A DNA stretch of 64,000 nt from Lytechinus pictus. Lineage: Eukaryota. Location: the NCBI RefSeq assembly GCF_037042905.1, contig NC_087251.1, positions 22,260,001 through 22,324,000 on the forward strand. The letters are read 5' to 3'. Made by a program: the position numbers and the translations under genes. Of this stretch, positions 63,549 to 64,000 are shown piece after piece (the stretch's first letter is position 1; every line of letters starts with the position of its first letter). Under the pieces are notes generated by a model. It made no database searches. It was not told the DNA's origin and saw only the letters and a list, made by a program, of their open reading frames with translations.

Positions 63549-64000
63549 CGGTGGTCACAGCATTGGGGGGGGGGGGCACCAGCAAAAAAATAGAGTCACT
63601 TATTTGGCGCGCGACTCAATTGCCAGGTATACTGACCTAATAGAGACATTTTAAGGACTGTGCCATTAAATGGATATGTATTTCAGAATGCGAGCGCGAA
63701 GCGCGAGCTGAAATTTTTGGATTGACCCCAAGCAGGGTTATTTTAAGGAAATTTCTTTAAGGAATTCATGAAGAGCATGTATATCTCAAGATCTCACCAT
63801 AGTGCTGCTTTTGTTAGAATTACAACGAAACACATGAAGCACTTTTTGAGTTAATTGTAATCACGGCCATGATTTGTATTTCTCTCATCAAATATTGCGA
63901 AATTCAGATCTGAAGAGGGGTGTTCTAAAGCTTGTTTTTAAAAATTCACTTAGACCATAAAATTTTCGAAATTCAGACATGAAGATGGGCATTCTGAGGC

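Overview
Eukaryotic (animal) AT-rich genomic DNA. The repeat landscape resembles sea-urchin/echinoderm DNA, which is an inference. The only host gene I can build is a three-exon, minus-strand cytochrome c oxidase subunit 7A gene (COX7A2-like), join(55643..55629, 23262..23164, 16230..16093), encoding 83 aa: MNRIL-AVRSLVPRAGKNFSTSARTQIENKVKESQARFQ-APDGNPIHLKKGGSDYAIYSFAMGLTAVGTLWSCFSLFKYAMPKK. It has an NRF-1-type promoter, a 32.4-kb intron 1 and a 6.9-kb intron 2. A 6,807-bp tandem duplication (5629-19249), apparently identical, repeats the last exon and 3'UTR; its junction is a chimeric Helentron-type (DINE/HINE-like) element whose crossover resolves to 7 bp. The rest is mostly transposon debris: a same-orientation cluster of HINE-like elements, Kolobok-, hAT-, P-like, CACTA-, Harbinger-, Tc/mariner- and Academ-like non-autonomous elements nested up to four deep, a 5'-truncated CR1/L2-group LINE, three tRNA-derived SINEs, minisatellites and pyrimidine-rich low-complexity tracts. 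The most unusual item is a 4.3-kb non-coding insertion (29710-34014) with a 9-10-bp target duplication, a palindrome at each end, and an outward-facing splice donor about 145 bp from each terminus. Superfamily names rest on terminal and TSD signatures only; no database search was possible.
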